Positions 1-9,941 of a DNA stretch of 64,000 nt are shown here, one piece after another (position 1 is the stretch's first letter; each line of letters starts with the position of its first letter). The stretch lies in NCBI GenBank assembly GCA_004322365.1, contig SCTS01000003.1, positions 2,709 through 66,708 on the forward strand. Direction: 5' to 3'. Position numbers and translations under genes: made by a program. The notes under the pieces were generated by a model, which had not been told where the DNA came from, searched no databases, and was given only the letters and a program-made list of their open reading frames with translations. Source of the DNA: Patescibacteria group bacterium (GTDB taxonomy: Bacteria > Patescibacteriota > Minisyncoccia > Phycocordibacterales > Phycocordibacteraceae).

Positions 1-94
1 CGGGTTTAAAAAACCTAGCTTTAGCCGTGGCGCCCCTCAGGGCGGTGGAAGTTTTCGAGGTGGCCCAAAGCGAGACTTCTCGGCACCTTTAGAA

Positions 95-460
95 ATGCAT
101 CAAGCAACATGTGTGGATTGCGGAAAAATGTGTGAAGTTCCATTTCGCCCTAACGGAAAGAAGCCAGTATTTTGTAGAGATTGCTTTGCAAGTAAGAGAG
201 AAGATACACCTCGCTCGTTTTCGCACGCCCCTTCAAATGCACGACCATCTTTTCGATCTAATTCTTTTGATGGTGGTGAGAGGCAGGGAAGCGATCTGAA
301 AAACCAAGTTGAGCTGTTACACTCTAAGGTGGATGCACTGACACGAATGGTTGCGGCACTTGGCGGCACTTCATCTGAGAGTGTAGCCGTTAAGTCTTCA
401 GGGAAAGCGTTGGTAAAACCATCACTTCGGAAGACTTCTACAAGATCTGCAAAGAAATAG
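95..460 (+). CDS. small zinc-ribbon protein (CxxC-x17-CxxC N-terminus, disordered/coiled-coil tail)
   Basis: ORF track 121 aa; CVDCGK...CRDCF motif; low-complexity S/R-rich C-terminus. Confidence 0.45.
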   Translation: MHQATCVDCGKMCEVPFRPNGKKPVFCRDCFASKREDTPRSFSHAPSNARPSFRSNSFDGGERQGSDLKNQVELLHSKVDALTRMVAALGGTSSESVAVKSSGKALVKPSLRKTSTRSAKK

Positions 461-523
461 ATTCAACCTAGTAGTTTGTTTGTATAGAACAAGCACCCAC
501 TAAAAGTTTTTTAAATATACATT

Positions 524-1981
524 ATGGCAACAGCTCGTGGAGAAGTAATAGTTCGATTTGAAAAAGTCTCACACGACTTTACTATTCGCAAGCCCATTTT
601 GCGTGAGGTGGATTTTTCTATACGCAAAGGAACAAAGATAACCCTCATGGGTCAAAATGGTGCAGGCAAAAGTACTATTTTTGGTTTGATTACTAAAAGC
701 CACGAACCTGAAGACGGTCAGATTCATTTTCAGCATGGGCTCACTATTGCGCTTGGTAGGCAAGTTATTCCGCGAGATCAAATGGACCTTACGGTGCGTG
801 AATTTTTTCAAAAGGTTTTTCCTCACAAGGTGTATGACATTGATCCTCGCATTGATGCAGTTTTAGAAGTGGTGAACTTAGTGGCTCCCTATGAAAAAGT
901 AATACGAACATTTTCAGGTGGTCAGCAGGCACGACTTCTTTTGGCGTCAGCACTTATTCAAAATCCCGATCTATTGCTTTTGGATGAACCAACAAACAAT
1001 CTCGACAAAGAGGGAATTGCGCATCTCACGAAGTTCCTTATTGAATACAAGAAGACGGTGATTGTTATTTCTCACGATGCAGAATTTTTAAATGCTTTCA
1101 CACAAGGGGTTTTGTATTTGGATATTCATACACACACCATTGAGCAGTATGTGGGTAACTACTCTGATGTGGTTGCAGAAATTTCTGTTCGTATAGAAAA
1201 GGAAAACCGTAAGAATGCTCAATTGGCTAAAGAAATACAAGAGAATAAAGACAAAGCAAACTTTTTTGCTAACAAAGGTGGGCAAATGCGTATGGTTGCA
1301 AAACGCATGCGCGCAAAGGCTGACGAGCTTGAAGAAGCCAAAGTTGAGGTGCGGAAAGAAGATAAGGCTATTCGTTCGTTTAGAATTCCATTTCAGCAAG
1401 GGCTTATTGGCGAGATCGTGACTATTTCTTCGCTCACGGTGGTGAAGAAGCACAAACCAACGGAGCGCAAAGTGAAGGTGGTACTCCGAAAGAATGAACA
1501 CCTCCTGCTCGCTGGTCCAAATGGTATTGGTAAAAGTACTCTTTTACAGTCGCTTGCCGATGGAACAGCAAAGGGTGCCGATATTATGCCAGGGGTACGC
1601 ATAGGGTATTACCGTCAGGATTTTTCGAACCTTGATTTTGACAGCACTGTCTATGAAGAGCTTGCATCAGTATTGAGTATTCGCATTGAGGAAGATGTTC
1701 GAAAAGTCGCTGCAGGGTTTTTACTCAGCGGTGAAATTTTTCATTCCAAGATAGGTACGCTTTCTGAAGGACAAAAGGGATTAGTGGCTTTTGCTCGTTT
1801 GGTATTGTTAAAACCGGGACTGCTGATTTTGGACGAACCAACCAACCACATTAACTTCCGTCACTTACCCCTCATTGCGGAAGCACTGAGCGCGTATGAA
1901 GGACCGATGATTCTTGTTTCTCACGTGCCAGACTTTGTTGCACAAATCCGCATTGACGAAATTTTGGATCTAAATAGTTGA
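524..1981 (+). CDS. ABC-F family ATPase (two tandem ABC domains, no TM domain)
   Basis: Two Walker A motifs (GQNGAGKST, GPNGIGKST), two signature motifs (LSGGQQ, LSEGQK), two Walker B motifs (LLLLDEP, LLILDEP), charged linker between domains. Confidence 0.85.
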   Translation: MATARGEVIVRFEKVSHDFTIRKPILREVDFSIRKGTKITLMGQNGAGKSTIFGLITKSHEPEDGQIHFQHGLTIALGRQVIPRDQMDLTVREFFQKVFPHKVYDIDPRIDAVLEVVNLVAPYEKVIRTFSGGQQARLLLASALIQNPDLLLLDEPTNNLDKEGIAHLTKFLIEYKKTVIVISHDAEFLNAFTQGVLYLDIHTHTIEQYVGNYSDVVAEISVRIEKENRKNAQLAKEIQENKDKANFFANKGGQMRMVAKRMRAKADELEEAKVEVRKEDKAIRSFRIPFQQGLIGEIVTISSLTVVKKHKPTERKVKVVLRKNEHLLLAGPNGIGKSTLLQSLADGTAKGADIMPGVRIGYYRQDFSNLDFDSTVYEELASVLSIRIEEDVRKVAAGFLLSGEIFHSKIGTLSEGQKGLVAFARLVLLKPGLLILDEPTNHINFRHLPLIAEALSAYEGPMILVSHVPDFVAQIRIDEILDLNS

Positions 1982-2020
1982 TGTCTTCGTATTATTTTTC
2001 ACATTTTTCCAACTCACATC

Positions 2021-2050
2021 TATTCTAGCTTTTTGCAAAATACTAGAATA
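2021..2050. promoter_or_regulatory. 30-bp imperfect palindrome tattctag-N14-ctagaata (putative ArsR-type operator 1) in arsR promoter region
   Basis: Dyad symmetry read directly; its reverse-complement copy lies at 2323-2350; a -10-like tatatact follows at 2065-2072. Confidence 0.45.
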
Positions 2051-2079
2051 CGTATGAATGATTGTATATACTAACGTGT

Positions 2080-2352
2080 ATGAAAGTGAACTATCGAAAA
2101 TTAGAGCGGATAGTCAAAGGATATGCTAACCATAATCGACTTCAGGTTATGGACTTGCTCAAAAGTGAGCCAGAGCTTTCTGTTGGAGAAATAGCTGAAA
2201 AGCTACAGATAGGATATATGAATGTATCAGATCATATTCGCAAACTCGCTGTTGCTGGACTAGTGATGAAGCGGAGTGACGGTCCTAATGTGAGACACAA
2301 ACTCACTCCTCGTGCTGAATCTATTCTAGTATTTTGCAAAAAGCTAGAATGA
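2080..2352 (+). CDS. ArsR/SmtB-family HTH transcriptional regulator (alternative TTG start at 2062)
   Basis: HTH segment VGEIAEKLQIGYMNVSDHIRKL; ~90 aa; typical ArsR size. Confidence 0.7.
   Translation: MKVNYRKLERIVKGYANHNRLQVMDLLKSEPELSVGEIAEKLQIGYMNVSDHIRKLAVAGLVMKRSDGPNVRHKLTPRAESILVFCKKLE
2323..2350. promoter_or_regulatory. second copy (inverted orientation) of the arsR-associated palindrome, overlapping arsR stop and start of downstream flavoprotein gene
   Basis: tattctagtattttgcaaaaagctagaat equals the reverse complement of the 2021-2050 site. Confidence 0.45.
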
Positions 2353-3707
2353 AAACAAAAGTAAAAAAGTCGGTGGTAGTGCATGGGGCGAAAGATGTAG
2401 CGCCTACCGCAAAAGAAATTGTATGGGATGTGGTGGTCATTGGTGGTGGCCCTGCAGGCATGATGGCAGCTGGCAGGGCTGGTGAGAGAAGGAAGCGTGT
2501 TTTGTTGCTTGAAAAAAATTCTAAAGTCGGAAAGAAGTTACTTATTACAGGCGGTGGCAGGTGTAATGTGACGAACAACAAACCTGATGTTCGCACGATG
2601 CTTGCGAAGTATACGAAGAGTGACAAGTTTCTTTTTTCTGCTTTTACTCAATTTGGTGTAACGGAGGCTTTCAGTTTTTTTAACGAGAAAGGGATGGCTA
2701 TGAAAGAGGAGCCAGAAGGAAGAATGTTTCCTGTTTCAAATAAAGCAGAATCAGTGTGGAATGTGCTTATTGAATATATGAAGGTGGGACGAGTGAAGGT
2801 GCAAACAAAAGCAAATGTATCTGGTATTACTTTCAATAAATTTTTACACAGAGTAATTATTACGCTCACCGACGGGTCTACTATTTCTGCTCGTTCATGT
2901 GTGGTTGCGACTGGTGGAACATCGCATCCAGAAACAGGTTCCACCGGTGAAGGATTTACTTGGTTGGAGTCGCTTGGTCACGAAGTAATAAAAAATGATG
3001 CAGCGCTGGTGCCTATTGCCTTGAAAGATAGCTGGATACATAGCGTTGCCGGTGTAGTGCTTAAAGATATTAAGCTCACGACCTTTAAAAATGACATAAA
3101 GCAACAAGTGTACAAAGGAAAATTACTTTTTACGCACGTTGGCATTAGCGGTCCAACGGTTTTGAATATGAGTAGGGAAGTTGGCGAGCTTTTAACTTCT
3201 TCCGAAGGAGATGAGTATTTGAAAGAAGATGAAGCAGTGGAAACATCAAAGAAGAATGAGGTAACTATTATGCTTGATATGTTCCCGATGTTTGATCACG
3301 GTCTATTGCGAGAAAAACTACAAACAGTGTTAACGACTGAGAGTAATAAAAAAATAAAAAATTCTCTTTCGTCTTTTTTACCTCCGTTGCTCGTTGCTCC
3401 TATTTTAGAGCTTGCACAGGTGAATGGTGAAACATTCAACCACTCCGTGCGCTCGACAGAGCGCACGGCACTCGTTGCTATTTTAAAAGCGGTCCCTCTT
3501 CATGTTTCTAAGCTTCTAGGAAAAAATAAAGCAGTTGTCTCATCGGGAGGTGTAACGCTCAGTGAGGTGAATTTTAAAACAATGCAGTCACGCTTAGTGC
3601 CACAGGTATACCTTGTGGGCGATGTGTTAAATATCAATAGACCATCTGGTGGATATAGTTTGCAGTTATGTTGGACTACTGGATACATCGCAGGAAACAA
3701 CTGCTGA
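2349..3707 (+). CDS. HI0933/BaiN/YhiN-family FAD-dependent flavoprotein (aminoacetone-oxidase-like)
   Basis: VVVIGGGPAGMMAAGRAG Rossmann motif, LLITGGGRCNVTN motif characteristic of HI0933 family; ORF track 2334 TTG start, ATG at 2349 more likely. Confidence 0.8.
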   Translation: MKTKVKKSVVVHGAKDVAPTAKEIVWDVVVIGGGPAGMMAAGRAGERRKRVLLLEKNSKVGKKLLITGGGRCNVTNNKPDVRTMLAKYTKSDKFLFSAFTQFGVTEAFSFFNEKGMAMKEEPEGRMFPVSNKAESVWNVLIEYMKVGRVKVQTKANVSGITFNKFLHRVIITLTDGSTISARSCVVATGGTSHPETGSTGEGFTWLESLGHEVIKNDAALVPIALKDSWIHSVAGVVLKDIKLTTFKNDIKQQVYKGKLLFTHVGISGPTVLNMSREVGELLTSSEGDEYLKEDEAVETSKKNEVTIMLDMFPMFDHGLLREKLQTVLTTESNKKIKNSLSSFLPPLLVAPILELAQVNGETFNHSVRSTERTALVAILKAVPLHVSKLLGKNKAVVSSGGVTLSEVNFKTMQSRLVPQVYLVGDVLNINRPSGGYSLQLCWTTGYIAGNNC

Positions 3708-3732
3708 GGATTAAGTTCGGTATACTGGTTTT

Positions 3733-4305
3733 GTGAAAGAAACTATAGCAATTATTGCTGCATTGTTAGCGATTGCAGGGAACGTTCCCTACCTCATGGA
3801 CATTTTGAAGGGGCGTGTAAAGCCTCATGCGTATACATGGTTTGTCTGGAGTATTGTTTCTGGAATTATTCTTTTTGGACAACTGAGTAAGGGTGCAGGT
3901 GTTGGGGCATTACCTACCGCCGCGTCTGAAATTTTTACACTTATCATTTTCCTTTTTTCACTAAAATACGGATTTAAGGGAATTACAAAAACAGATACTT
4001 TCTTCTTATGTCTTGCGCTGGTAGGTCTTATTCCATGGTTGCTGACAAAAGACCCAACAGCTTCAGTAATTATTGCAGTCTTAATAGATGTCACTGCTTT
4101 TATCCCAACTATCAGAAAAACATGGCTAGAACCAAAGACAGAAACTCCCATTCTTTTTGGAATGAATGTAGTACGACACACCCTCGCACTCTTTTCTTTG
4201 CAGGCATATAATATTGCGACAACCTTACACTCTATTGTGATGATTGCCACAAACTCACTTATGACAGTATTGATTCTTCGAAAAAAGAAAAGAAAGCATC
4301 CATAA
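3733..4305 (+). CDS. hypothetical polytopic membrane protein (~6 TM)
   Basis: ORF track; hydrophobic helices throughout; GTG start. Confidence 0.5.
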   Translation: MKETIAIIAALLAIAGNVPYLMDILKGRVKPHAYTWFVWSIVSGIILFGQLSKGAGVGALPTAASEIFTLIIFLFSLKYGFKGITKTDTFFLCLALVGLIPWLLTKDPTASVIIAVLIDVTAFIPTIRKTWLEPKTETPILFGMNVVRHTLALFSLQAYNIATTLHSIVMIATNSLMTVLILRKKKRKHP

Positions 4306-4312
4306 AAAATAT

Positions 4313-5248
4313 ATGATAAAGATAAAAACAATCCTCTCTATTTTTTGTGTTCTGGCGATTGTATTGGTAGGTATATTTTTTGTGTTTCGTAACACTTCTA
4401 TTATTGAGCCTGCCATAAACGAACAAGCAACTTCTCTGGCGTCGGTTTTGCCAAGCGTTATCATAGCGCTGACTAATACTGATCGAGTGAAAAATGGTTC
4501 ATCCCTTCTTGTTGAAAATCCACTTCTCACTAAAGCGGCACAGATGAAAGCTGACGACATGCTCGCGCGTCAGTATTATTCGCACACAACACCTGAAGGT
4601 CACACTCCACTTTATTTTTTGGATACGGTTGGTTATAAATATTTAAATGCAGGAGAAAATCTTGATTTAACCTATGAGAGTACTGCAGATGATGTGCATA
4701 CTGCATGGCTTAATTCGCCCGCGCATCGTGCAAATCTTTTGTTACCGCAATACACTGAGATAGGGGTAGGGGTCGCTGAAGGAGAATACCGAGGTGAGCA
4801 TGTTACTTTCGTTGTGGAAATTATGACGACGCCGATGCCGTTAGTTAGCAGTACACCAGCGTGCTGTGAATTAGTTGAGGTGACCAAAAAACCTGCGGTG
4901 AAAACCAAAACATCAGTTACGTCTCCACAGTTCATCCCCGTTATACCTGTTTCTTCACCAGCATCAGTACAAACCTCTTCTGAGACATTTATCTCTACTA
5001 CTACATCAGCACTTCCACCGGTATTAGAGAAAGTACTCTCCCAAGTTGCTTCAAGTTCTTTACCACTTCCCACGCTCGTTGTGTCTGTGTCGAGCACGGA
5101 GAGTGCTGTCGAGCTTCTTGGGCTATTTAAAGACACAAAAGTTTCTTTCATTGATTCAGTCCGATCATTCGTGTTTAGTCTACAGAGAGTAACAAAAGAG
5201 TTCGTTATGCGTCTTGGAGAGAGTGCGTCTCGTTTTAAGGTACAATAA
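4313..5248 (+). CDS. secreted CAP/SCP (PR-1/YkwD-like) domain protein with Ser/Thr/Pro-rich C-terminal region
   Basis: N-terminal TM/signal, CAP motifs (YYSHTTPEG..., HTAWLNSPAHRANLL), low-complexity STP-rich tail. Confidence 0.7.
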   Translation: MIKIKTILSIFCVLAIVLVGIFFVFRNTSIIEPAINEQATSLASVLPSVIIALTNTDRVKNGSSLLVENPLLTKAAQMKADDMLARQYYSHTTPEGHTPLYFLDTVGYKYLNAGENLDLTYESTADDVHTAWLNSPAHRANLLLPQYTEIGVGVAEGEYRGEHVTFVVEIMTTPMPLVSSTPACCELVEVTKKPAVKTKTSVTSPQFIPVIPVSSPASVQTSSETFISTTTSALPPVLEKVLSQVASSSLPLPTLVVSVSSTESAVELLGLFKDTKVSFIDSVRSFVFSLQRVTKEFVMRLGESASRFKVQ

Positions 5249-5260
5249 TATTTAGTCAGT

Positions 5261-5914
5261 ATGGATAAAAGACTCATTATATTGCTTGGTATAGCGATCG
5301 TGGCGGTCGGCATCTTTGCAGGGCTTGTGTGGTATGGCGGGCAAAGAACTCTTCCCATTGCAGAAGTACCCATCGATACCTCTATGCCGGACGATAGCGC
5401 GCAATTTCATGCCTATGGTGCGGTAACACTGAAATTAGACGAGCAGGTACTTTTTAAAGATCTGAGTATACGAGTTATTTCACTCGAAGAAGATAGTCGG
5501 TGTCCGACAGGTGTGCAGTGTATTCAAGCGGGGACAGTGCGTGTGAAAGTTGAGATAGTCTCAGGATTGGGAACAAGTACTCCTGTAATAGGTTTAGGAA
5601 AATCAATCACAACCGAGGCAGAAGTCATTACACTTACTGCAACAACGCCTTATCCGGCACGGGATGTTTCTATAGCCCCAAATGAGTATCAGTTTATTTT
5701 CACTGTCGCAAAGCGCACGGTCGCAGGATGTTTTATTGGAGGATGTTCTAGTCAAATATGCAGTGACCAGCCCGACGTAGTGTCTTCTTGTGAATATCGC
5801 GCCGAGTACGCATGCTATCAAAAAGCGACCTGCCAGAGGCAAACAAGTGGTGCGTGTGGGTGGACACAAACTGCCGAGCTGAAATCGTGTCTGTTGAATC
5901 CACCTGCTCTCTAG
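5261..5914 (+). CDS. membrane-anchored secreted protein with C-terminal Cys-rich domain
   Basis: N-terminal TM helix; 10 Cys clustered in last 60 aa. Confidence 0.5.
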   Translation: MDKRLIILLGIAIVAVGIFAGLVWYGGQRTLPIAEVPIDTSMPDDSAQFHAYGAVTLKLDEQVLFKDLSIRVISLEEDSRCPTGVQCIQAGTVRVKVEIVSGLGTSTPVIGLGKSITTEAEVITLTATTPYPARDVSIAPNEYQFIFTVAKRTVAGCFIGGCSSQICSDQPDVVSSCEYRAEYACYQKATCQRQTSGACGWTQTAELKSCLLNPPAL

Positions 5915-5951
5915 CTGAATTTGAATAAGGATTGATTTTGTGGTTTAAAGT

Positions 5952-6842
5952 GTGTATATGATACACAAAAGAAATATTGCTCTGGCAGTTGCTATTTTTA
6001 TACTCCCGTTCTTTCTTGCTCCTGTATTCACATACGCCGCTAATGATTATTCCGAACTACATCTAAATACTGACTCTGTTTTTTCAGCAAAAAATCTTTT
6101 TGTTATTCAGAGATCGGGAACAGTGATATACACCCGTGCTAGGTGGGGGCAAACATTTGTTCGCGTTACCGTGTTTACCGATAAAGGTACAGTGCTGACA
6201 AAAAAATATGGAGGTAATGCGTTACTTAGCGAAATTAAAGAAGGTGATTTGTTGAATGTTGAAGGTGTCTTGGCGGTTGGGGCTGACGAAGTGGTTGTTA
6301 CTGCAAAGAAAGTAAAAGATTTATCGCTTCAATCTGAGCCAAAAAATCTTTTAGGGACTGTGCGTAGTGTTAACGGTAATGGAAATTCATTTGTTCTTAA
6401 AAATACTACATTCGGATCCACAACAATTGCAATTTCAAGTTCTACTATCCTTAAGAAGGGTGTGCGTACCGTTCCCCTCGGAGAAGTAGTTGTTGGAGAT
6501 AAAGTGCTTAGTGCGTCTGGTGTGTATGATTATAAGACAAATATTCTCAGTGCAACGAGTACTGAATTCTACCAAGATAAAACAGTATTTAATCCGCGAA
6601 ATTTTAGTGGCACACTGAAGGAAATTTCAGGAACAACTCTACCAGCGAGCCTCACTGTTGTAGTGGGGAATACACCATATACAGTGTTTCTAACAGAAAA
6701 GACATTGCTGTTTAATAAAACAAGAAAAGCAACATCTCTGAGCCGTTTTGTTGTTGGAGATTCTGTGCGTTTCTATGGCAAGATTCGTCAAAGCAATCTT
6801 ACAGAAATTGATGCCGATGTCGCCTCTGATTTGAACTTTTGA
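5952..6842 (+). CDS. hypothetical secreted protein (signal peptide, beta-rich)
   Basis: ORF track 296 aa; cleavable-looking signal FTYAAND. Confidence 0.5.
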   Translation: MYMIHKRNIALAVAIFILPFFLAPVFTYAANDYSELHLNTDSVFSAKNLFVIQRSGTVIYTRARWGQTFVRVTVFTDKGTVLTKKYGGNALLSEIKEGDLLNVEGVLAVGADEVVVTAKKVKDLSLQSEPKNLLGTVRSVNGNGNSFVLKNTTFGSTTIAISSSTILKKGVRTVPLGEVVVGDKVLSASGVYDYKTNILSATSTEFYQDKTVFNPRNFSGTLKEISGTTLPASLTVVVGNTPYTVFLTEKTLLFNKTRKATSLSRFVVGDSVRFYGKIRQSNLTEIDADVASDLNF

Positions 6843-7663
6843 TGCATCCGATGAAGTATGTAGTCATTGAGAAGAAGGTTGGGGAAACACCTCTACAGGC
6901 ACTTGAAGCATTTCGCCAGACCGATCCTACACTTCAAGACATTCCTCTTACCTACGCTGGACGACTGGACCCTATGGCGAGCGGAAAGTTGCTCATTCTT
7001 ATAGGAGGCGAATGCAAGTATCGAGAAAAATACGATGGACTTGATAAAGAATATGAGTTTGAAATCTTACTTGGTGTAACAAGTGACACTGGGGATGTGC
7101 TTGGGATACCAAGTATGGGTGAGTCTAGATTAATTAAGGAGCACTCAGAAAATGACCTACAAAAGATCGTTTCCTCGCTTATAGGTTGGCATACGCTTCC
7201 ATACCCGCCGTTCTCTTCAAAAACTGTAGCTGGCAAACCGCTGTTTCAGTACGCACTTGAAGGTACTCTTGATTCTATAGAAATTCCTACAATTAAGACA
7301 CATGTATACACAATGGAGTATCTAGTTAAAAAAACACTTACACATAAGGAGCTTATAGAGCAGGTGCTTGGGAAAATACACCTTTTACGAGCCCCTGTAG
7401 ATTCGGGGAAAATTGGCGCTGATTTTAGAAAGGCTGAAATTATTAGGCAATGGGAGGCACTTTCTCCTCAGAGAGATCAGAAATATACAATTCTAAAGTT
7501 CAAAGCGGTGGTCTCCTCGGGTACCTATATTCGTTCACTCGCTCCTATAATTGCAGAGCATCTCGGCACTCTGGGTATGGCATATTCAATTCACCGCACG
7601 CGTATAGGAAAGTATCAGGCCCTCATAGCATCTGTTGGTTTCTGGAAGAAAACCTTTATTTGA
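6839..7663 (+). CDS. truB: tRNA pseudouridine(55) synthase TruB-family
   Basis: GRLDPMASGKLLIL catalytic Asp motif, GTYIRSLA motif; overlaps upstream stop by 4 nt. Confidence 0.75.
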   Translation: MMHPMKYVVIEKKVGETPLQALEAFRQTDPTLQDIPLTYAGRLDPMASGKLLILIGGECKYREKYDGLDKEYEFEILLGVTSDTGDVLGIPSMGESRLIKEHSENDLQKIVSSLIGWHTLPYPPFSSKTVAGKPLFQYALEGTLDSIEIPTIKTHVYTMEYLVKKTLTHKELIEQVLGKIHLLRAPVDSGKIGADFRKAEIIRQWEALSPQRDQKYTILKFKAVVSSGTYIRSLAPIIAEHLGTLGMAYSIHRTRIGKYQALIASVGFWKKTFI

Positions 7664-7724
7664 AAATGAAGTCTTTTATACGGGCATTTTTCATTGTGCG
7701 CTATAGTAGGACATAGAGACCAGT

Positions 7725-8825
7725 ATGGACAAGAAATCTCACCAAGAGTTTATGACAAAAAAGAAGGTATCACTTGGAGCTACTGTGGGTATATGCGTAG
7801 GATCTCTTCTACTTTTGTATCTTGTGGGTCATATAAATATTTTTGAAACAACATATTCTGTCGCAGAGGCTGAGGTGAGTGTGAAGACACCTGCGCCCCG
7901 GGCACCAGAAAAATTAGACAAGCTTGCCTACGATACACGGCTCGTAAAAAATGCTAACTATGCAAGTACGACTTTAGCAAAGCGTACAGCCTCCTCCAGT
8001 CCACTCATGTGGCCAGCAAAGACTGTGTATCCAAACGCTGGGGCGATATTGCCCTTTAAACGCATTGTCGCCTACTACGGAAATTTTTATTCAAAAGGTA
8101 TGGGAGTACTTGGTGAGTATCCAGCTCCTGAAATGGTTAGAAAATTGAAAGCAGAAGTTGCCGTATGGAATGCAGCTGATCCAAGCACTCCTGCCATTCC
8201 TGCCATCAACTACATTCTTATAACGGCACAAGGAAGTGCTGGTAAGGATGGAAAATATCGACTTCGTATGCCGGATACCCAAGTTGATCGTGCAATTGAG
8301 CTTGCAAAAGAGGTGAATGGAATAGTTATTCTTGATGTACAAGTTGGCTTGAGCAACCTCCCCACAGAGCTCCCTATGTATGAAAAGTATTTCAAGATGC
8401 CACAAGTGCACCTTGGAATTGATCCAGAGTTTGCTATGCATAACGGAGTGCGCCCCGGTAGAGTCATAGGTTCGTTTGATGCGTCCGATATTAATTATGC
8501 AGTGAACTATCTCTCAAAACTCGTCAAAGATAATAACCTTCCGCCGAAGGTTCTCGTTGTGCATCGCTTCACTGAGAACATGGTTACCAACTATAAGCAG
8601 ATTAAACCAACACCTGAGGTGCAGATAATTATGGATATGGACGGATGGGGTTTTGGTGCAAAGAAAATCAATACGTACAATACTGTTGTGGCCTCAGAAC
8701 CAGTACAATTTACTGGATTTAAACTTTTTTATAAGAATGACTTAAAGCCTCCCTCTACTCGTTTGCTCACACCAGCTGAAATACTCTCACTCACTCCTCA
8801 ACCATTGTTTATTCAGTACCAGTAG
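7725..8825 (+). CDS. hypothetical membrane-anchored extracytoplasmic protein
   Basis: N-terminal TM helix; 366 aa; no recognisable catalytic motif. Confidence 0.45.
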   Translation: MDKKSHQEFMTKKKVSLGATVGICVGSLLLLYLVGHINIFETTYSVAEAEVSVKTPAPRAPEKLDKLAYDTRLVKNANYASTTLAKRTASSSPLMWPAKTVYPNAGAILPFKRIVAYYGNFYSKGMGVLGEYPAPEMVRKLKAEVAVWNAADPSTPAIPAINYILITAQGSAGKDGKYRLRMPDTQVDRAIELAKEVNGIVILDVQVGLSNLPTELPMYEKYFKMPQVHLGIDPEFAMHNGVRPGRVIGSFDASDINYAVNYLSKLVKDNNLPPKVLVVHRFTENMVTNYKQIKPTPEVQIIMDMDGWGFGAKKINTYNTVVASEPVQFTGFKLFYKNDLKPPSTRLLTPAEILSLTPQPLFIQYQ

Positions 8826-8991
8826 TTTTTTAGTTTAGAATGAACGGAGGGGTAGGTGTGTGTAATAAAAACACATCTGCACCGTCATACTTTGAGAGCG
8901 GTTTTAAAAGGCTCACGAGTAATTGTAATTATGCGATAACTCGAGATATATATGTGTCCTTTATTACTATTTATATATTTATAATAAAATT

Positions 8992-9558
8992 ATGACTAAG
9001 AAAAATATACTCATCGCAGTTGTTGTTATCGCCATTCTTGCGTTTGGCACTTGGTATTTGGTTTCTAAAAATTCCACACTCATCTCAACGACAGGAACAG
9101 ATGTAACTACAGGTACTCCCGACGCAAATGGTGCTACAAATCCGGGTACTACCGCAACACCTACAAAGGGAACAGGTACGCTCAAGACTGCATTTACTCA
9201 GGGTGGAAATTACACCTGCACACTTAATGCACTTGCAACTGATAATGGAAAAACTGCAGGAACAGTGTACGCATCTGCGGGAAAGACACGAACAGATTTT
9301 CGTGCAGAGAGTGCGAGTGGGGTAGTAACAGAGCTTCATATAATTCGTGACGGCACTTCGGCATACACATGGGTTTCGGGTCAGACAACGGGAACTAAGA
9401 CCGCAATCACTACCGCGAGTCCGTTTGTTCCTCGTCAGCCCTCGGGAGCCGGTATTGCTATAACTGATGAATCCTCGGTTGACTGGGATTGTCACCCTTG
9501 GCTCACTGACAAAGCACAGTTTGTTCCTCCATCAAACATTACTTTTATTAAAGGATAA
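8992..9558 (+). CDS. hypothetical secreted Thr/Gly-rich protein
   Basis: Signal/TM at N-terminus, TGT-rich low-complexity region. Confidence 0.5.
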   Translation: MTKKNILIAVVVIAILAFGTWYLVSKNSTLISTTGTDVTTGTPDANGATNPGTTATPTKGTGTLKTAFTQGGNYTCTLNALATDNGKTAGTVYASAGKTRTDFRAESASGVVTELHIIRDGTSAYTWVSGQTTGTKTAITTASPFVPRQPSGAGIAITDESSVDWDCHPWLTDKAQFVPPSNITFIKG

Positions 9559-9595
9559 ACGCCTTCAGGGAAAGTTTGATTCCTTTAATTAACAT

Positions 9596-9623
9596 AAAAA
9601 CCTCTCACCTTGAGAGGTTTTTA
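9596..9623 (+). terminator. rho-independent terminator (aaaacctctca-cctt-tgagaggttttt)
   Basis: 11-bp perfect stem, 4-nt loop, T-run. Confidence 0.65.
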
Positions 9624-9690
9624 TGTAGTCGTTCCCGCCATCTTCGCTATTTGTAAGGTATACAAGCTTAGCGTATATTCCATTAAACAT

Positions 9691-9867
9691 ATGAGTCAAG
9701 AAGGAAATAGGAACCGTTTTAAGGTTGGAGGTAAGCATCGAGGTAATGGACAGGAAGGTTCAAAAGATAAGGTAAGGAAGTGGTGCAGTAATTGTGAGCA
9801 AAAAAAGAAAGTGTTTCCAAGAAATACACTCTGCCCTGATTGCGGAGCGGTGCTTTCAGGTACATAA
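9691..9867 (+). CDS. small basic zinc-ribbon protein (CSNC...CPDC)
   Basis: ATG-initiated 58-aa reading of ORF 9610..9867; the TTG at 9610 lies inside the terminator stem; C-x2-C-x15-C-x2-C. Confidence 0.35.
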   Translation: MSQEGNRNRFKVGGKHRGNGQEGSKDKVRKWCSNCEQKKKVFPRNTLCPDCGAVLSGT

Positions 9868-9941
9868 CATCAATTCACAGTACGCCATTCTGTGCCCCGT
9901 GCTATTATCTACAGCCCAACTTTTAAATTAAAGAAATACTC

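Noticed and set aside
100-369. Antisense/shadow ORFs in the track (e.g. 100..369-, 1088..1501-, 47670..48125+, 52258..53643+ and many 60-130 aa frames inside large genes)
   Set aside because: They lie entirely within well-supported longer genes on the other strand or frame and have low-complexity, motif-free translations.
9610-9690. TTG start of ORF 9610..9867
   Set aside because: The start codon lies inside the stem of the rho-independent terminator of the upstream gene. Only the ATG-initiated C-terminal 58 codons were retained, with low confidence.
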